Shown here piece by piece: positions 16,213-18,644 of a stretch of 18,644 bases of DNA (within the stretch, counting starts at the first letter, position 1; every line of letters starts with the position of its first letter). The position numbers and the translations under genes were made by a program. The notes below the pieces were generated by a model. It was not told the origin of the DNA. It saw only the letters and a program-made list of their open reading frames with translations, and searched no databases. The stretch spans positions 57,800-76,443 of the forward strand of contig CAYONZ010000011.1 of assembly GCA_964405465.1 (NCBI GenBank). The letters run 5' to 3'. This DNA is from an uncultured Bdellovibrionales bacterium. GTDB lineage: Bacteria; Bdellovibrionota; Bdellovibrionia; Bdellovibrionales; JAMPXM01.

Positions 16213-16428
16213 CTATTCCTTTCTGTGGAACAGCATGGAAATTTCGGAAATTCGGAATCTGAGACTTCGGCCAAAGCGATAACAAGGAATGAGTCCTCTG
16301 CACACTTTGATCCGCAACGCATTTTCCGAGATCCCCAAAAATTGGGCGGCAACTCTCGTAGATACATACTCACGCACTATTTTGTTTTCAAAGAACTTCG
16401 AGCTTTCATCCAGCTCGTTAACTTTCAT
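16213..16428 (-). CDS. xis: Excisionase/AlpA-like small DNA-binding protein
   Basis: 71 aa. 'VSTRVAAQFLGISENALRIKVCRGLIPCYRFGRSLRFRISEI' is typical of the excisionase/HTH_17 family. It lies directly upstream of int on the same strand. Confidence 0.7.
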   Translation of the reverse strand: MKVNELDESSKFFENKIVREYVSTRVAAQFLGISENALRIKVCRGLIPCYRFGRSLRFRISEISMLFHRKE

Positions 16429-16453
16429 TTTATAGGATAACTCCCTTGGTTAT

Positions 16454-16489
16454 TCAAGAATAATTAGGTTGAAGGCTAATTATTCTTGA
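16454..16489. promoter_or_regulatory. Perfect 14-bp inverted repeat TCAAGAATAATTAG-N8-CTAATTATTCTTGA in the divergent xis / arsR-family promoter region
   Basis: Read directly from the sequence. It sits 20 bp upstream of the ArsR-family ATG (16509) and 26 bp upstream of the xis start on the other strand. Confidence 0.6.
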
Positions 16490-16508
16490 TGTTATTGTTT
16501 TGTTCGTA

Positions 16509-16817
16509 ATGAAGAAAATAGCGGCATCTAAAAAGGAACTTGATGAATATGAGATAGTCTTTCGTGCTTTGGCCCATGTCTCACGGCGGCATATTATCGT
16601 ATGCCTAAGCCAAAAGGACGGTCCTATGCTTGGAGGCGAAATCGCTGACCAACTTTCCTGTTCCTGGCCGACAACAACAGGGCATTTGCAAACATTGGAA
16701 AAAGCCGGGCTTGTTACTGTCAAAAAGCAGGGCCGTGAACAACTCTACAACTTAAATTTTGATCGTCTGAATGTACTTCAGAATTGGATCAATTTTTTAA
16801 ATAAAGGACCCAAATGA
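16509..16817 (+). CDS. ArsR/SmtB-family HTH transcriptional regulator (no CVC metal site)
   Basis: 'FRALAHVSRRHIIVCLSQKDGPMLGGEIADQLSCSWPTTTGHLQTLEKAGLVTVKKQGREQLYNL' matches the ArsR-family wHTH pattern. The ATG at 16509 is preferred over the TTG at 16500. Its stop overlaps the next gene's start (ATGA). Confidence 0.7.
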   Translation: MKKIAASKKELDEYEIVFRALAHVSRRHIIVCLSQKDGPMLGGEIADQLSCSWPTTTGHLQTLEKAGLVTVKKQGREQLYNLNFDRLNVLQNWINFLNKGPK

Positions 16818-17833
16818 TAACAAATGAAGATCTTAAAAAAGTTGAAGGATTAATTGAAGACTTCAAACCAAAAATTTCTTTTTTCGAAAGAGAAATTTTA
16901 ATCCCTGCTGTAAATGGCAGATTGGAATATTTGGTATCTATTTTCGTTGAGTTCCAAAAAATTTGTAAAGAAAAAGATGTCGCCACTCATATTGATGCTG
17001 CCCTTCGGACAATCGTAAATCCGAATAAATTGGATGTTAAGTTGCCAGAACCCAAGGTCGGCGAACAGTATCTTTCGATCATTCACAAAATGCTTCAGGA
17101 TGAGTATATCGACCCAATCGGTAAACTTATGACGAAGTATCCCATCCGGGACATTGCAAAAGATATTGAGTCGCTTACAAATTATTTGAATGACGTTAGC
17201 AACGTACTTATCTCCATTCCGGCGACCAAAGATAAACTGTTTCAATATTCTCTTAGGTCTTTTCCGAATATTAAGGAGATTAAGTCGGGAAAAGTTGTAT
17301 TAGGACCGCCAAGCGAAATCTCGTTGGTTCTGATGCCTTTTCAAACTCGCCTTGAGGAGCTGGTGAATGTTGCACAAACAACCATCGACTCAATCAGGGG
17401 TTGGGCCGAGCAAATGCGGGATCAAAAGAAAAAACACGTTGAGGCTATAATAAATCTTTGCCAAGTAAAAGCTGCGGAAGAACAAGCAAATGCCTCAAAA
17501 GAAGATTTGCTTTCCGCCCAGGAGCAAACAAAGGCCGCGAAAGAAAGTGTAGAGGCAGCAAAGCAGTCTGTTATTGTCGCTAAAAAGAATCTTTGGATTC
17601 AGGTTGCTGTGATTGTTTTCACCGTTGGAACAGTAATCGTTAGTCAGAGGGTCAATTTATTGCTCGAACGAATTGAACTTGAGAAGGCACTGAATGAAAA
17701 GTCATCAAGCCTTGCTGCTTCCTCAGAAAAAATAGACGAGGGTCTCAAAAGAGAATCTTTATGCGACGAAAAAGTTTTGGCGATACAGTCTTCTTTGAAA
17801 CAATGTGAGAGAGAAAAAAGTCAGAAGAAATAG
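16814..17833 (+). CDS. Hypothetical protein with an N-terminal ~250-aa domain, coiled-coil segments and one transmembrane helix ('IQVAVIVFTVGTVIVSQ')
   Basis: It is translationally coupled to the ArsR-family gene. No motif was recognised. The tail is a Lys/Glu/Ala-rich coiled-coil. Confidence 0.5.
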   Translation: MITNEDLKKVEGLIEDFKPKISFFEREILIPAVNGRLEYLVSIFVEFQKICKEKDVATHIDAALRTIVNPNKLDVKLPEPKVGEQYLSIIHKMLQDEYIDPIGKLMTKYPIRDIAKDIESLTNYLNDVSNVLISIPATKDKLFQYSLRSFPNIKEIKSGKVVLGPPSEISLVLMPFQTRLEELVNVAQTTIDSIRGWAEQMRDQKKKHVEAIINLCQVKAAEEQANASKEDLLSAQEQTKAAKESVEAAKQSVIVAKKNLWIQVAVIVFTVGTVIVSQRVNLLLERIELEKALNEKSSSLAASSEKIDEGLKRESLCDEKVLAIQSSLKQCEREKSQKK

Positions 17834-17925
17834 AGCCACTAATGTAAATTGCGAGCGTAGTGAACGGGATAGGGTTCAGATAAGGTGATATGTGACAAGC
17901 CACTTCGCGCCAGATAAAGTTCCTC

Positions 17926-18300
17926 TCAATTAAAATATTGGCCACCTAATAGCCGCACGGCCAAATAGTACAGGCCAACGGCAATTGTTCCAATGAACTG
18001 CGCAGGACCTGAACTCAGCTTTCGAGTCATAAGCTTGTGCATATTCGCCAGAAATAAGTCGTCGGCGTCCTTACGATCCCGAACCGTATTTGGTTTGGCG
18101 TAGGTATAGTCGTGAATGTCACAGGCAGGCTTAAGATCAACGCTGAGAATTGAGTTTGGAACCAACCCTGTGGCCCTCGTGGGGCCACAGCCATTGGTAA
18201 CTTCATATTTTTCGCCATCGCTTAGGTTCCAATAACTTTCAGGAGCCAGTAGGCCCCGAATCTCCGTCAGCTTTTCGCTCAGGACTTCCTTTCGTATTTT
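17926..18300 (-). CDS. Prokaryotic phospholipase A2-like domain (PF09056-like). It has no ATG; the frame is open upstream to a TAA at 18301-18303
   Basis: 'CDIHDYTYAKPN' matches the 'CARHDFGYRNY' His-Asp region of Streptomyces PLA2. The C-terminal 'GLYYLAVRLLGG' matches 'TYYQAVKIFG', and there is an upstream 'NGCGPT' Cys. The ORF track's 'M' at 18165 is a TTG. The frame stays open for 45 more codons upstream, overlapping the 3' end of the next ORF. Confidence 0.5.
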   Translation of the reverse strand, partial: KIRKEVLSEKLTEIRGLLAPESYWNLSDGEKYEVTNGCGPTRATGLVPNSILSVDLKPACDIHDYTYAKPNTVRDRKDADDLFLANMHKLMTRKLSSGPAQFIGTIAVGLYYLAVRLLGGQYFN

Positions 18301-18574
18301 TTATTTTGGTTCGTATTTCTAAAAGGGCGGCTTCAACCTTTTCCACCGAGTCGAGATCCTTCAGTTGCATACGAATGTAGGCTTTGGGGTTGAAGTGACT
18401 GTCAGCAAGTTTTGATTTCGTCTGGCTGAAACTTTTTTTGAAAAAATAAATGAGCGCCCATCCGGCCAAACTCGAAGGCGTCACAGATGCCTCGGGATTT
18501 TCTTGTTTCACCTGGGCCAGCATTTCGGTAACGGCGTCTTTGGCTTCACCCTCCAAGGTAAGTCTCAAAGACAT
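18239..18574 (-). CDS. Hypothetical 111-aa protein; possibly the N-terminal part of a frameshifted fusion with the PLA2-like domain
   Basis: It has an ATG start with a weak SD and no signal peptide. It ends 'KIKNTKGSPERKADGDSGPTGS*', low-complexity sequence right after an A-rich tract (AAAATAAAAAAT, - strand), where the +1 frame continues into the PLA2 domain. Confidence 0.4.
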   Translation of the reverse strand: MSLRLTLEGEAKDAVTEMLAQVKQENPEASVTPSSLAGWALIYFFKKSFSQTKSKLADSHFNPKAYIRMQLKDLDSVEKVEAALLEIRTKIKNTKGSPERKADGDSGPTGS

Positions 18575-18644
18575 TATTTTTTCTGATCCTTGGCGGTTAT
18601 CCCAAGATTCTGTGAGTCAGAGAATTTGAGTCAGGTGGCGTTAG

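Noticed and set aside
16509-16817. Interpreting the ArsR-family gene as the regulator of the acr3-arsC genes at the left edge
   Set aside because: It is 15 kb away and has its own co-transcribed downstream gene. It lacks the CVC arsenite-binding motif. A cognate arsR would be expected upstream of acr3, outside the window.
18027-18218. 63-aa - strand ORF (MAKNMKLPMAVAPRGPQGWFQ...)
   Set aside because: It is an out-of-frame overlap of the PLA2-like reading frame and has a low-complexity translation.
18591-18600. TGGCGGTTAT, matching the Fic-operator half-site, upstream of the 111-aa ORF
   Set aside because: It is a single 10-bp half-site with no dyad partner. A chance match in about 37 kb of two-strand sequence is not negligible, so it is noted only as a weak echo inside the operator finding.
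1-18644. CRISPR array, rRNA or other structured RNA genes
   Set aside because: There are no regularly spaced short direct repeats or rRNA-like conserved stretches. The only repeat families found are those reported above.

Overview
The window reads as a small ars-type resistance locus (5'-partial ACR3 arsenite permease plus LMW-PTP-type ArsC) followed by about 12 kb of accessory-island-like sequence, closed on the right by a tyrosine integrase and excisionase. The island carries three toxin-antitoxin-like modules: two paralogous HEPN/MNT (HepT/MntA-like) pairs and one RelE/ParE-like toxin with an XRE-HTH partner. It also carries a GNAT acetyltransferase, a secreted bacterial serpin and a class-II Fic protein. 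In the Fic protein the catalytic His of HPFx[DE]GNGR reads Gln, and its promoter region holds two perfect 12-N9-12 palindromes that the automatic ORF call translates as a spurious N-terminus. A 2.7-kb segment bracketed by near-perfect 61-bp direct repeats holds a secreted HExxH protein and the decayed remains of a serine recombinase. Also present are an SPFH/flotillin protein with internal tandem repeats and a putative outer-membrane beta-barrel protein. Right of the integrase lie an ArsR-family regulator with an unknown membrane/coiled-coil protein, and a prokaryotic phospholipase-A2-like gene that appears interrupted by a frameshift in an A-run. All calls come from reading the six-frame translations and the DNA by eye; no database search was possible.
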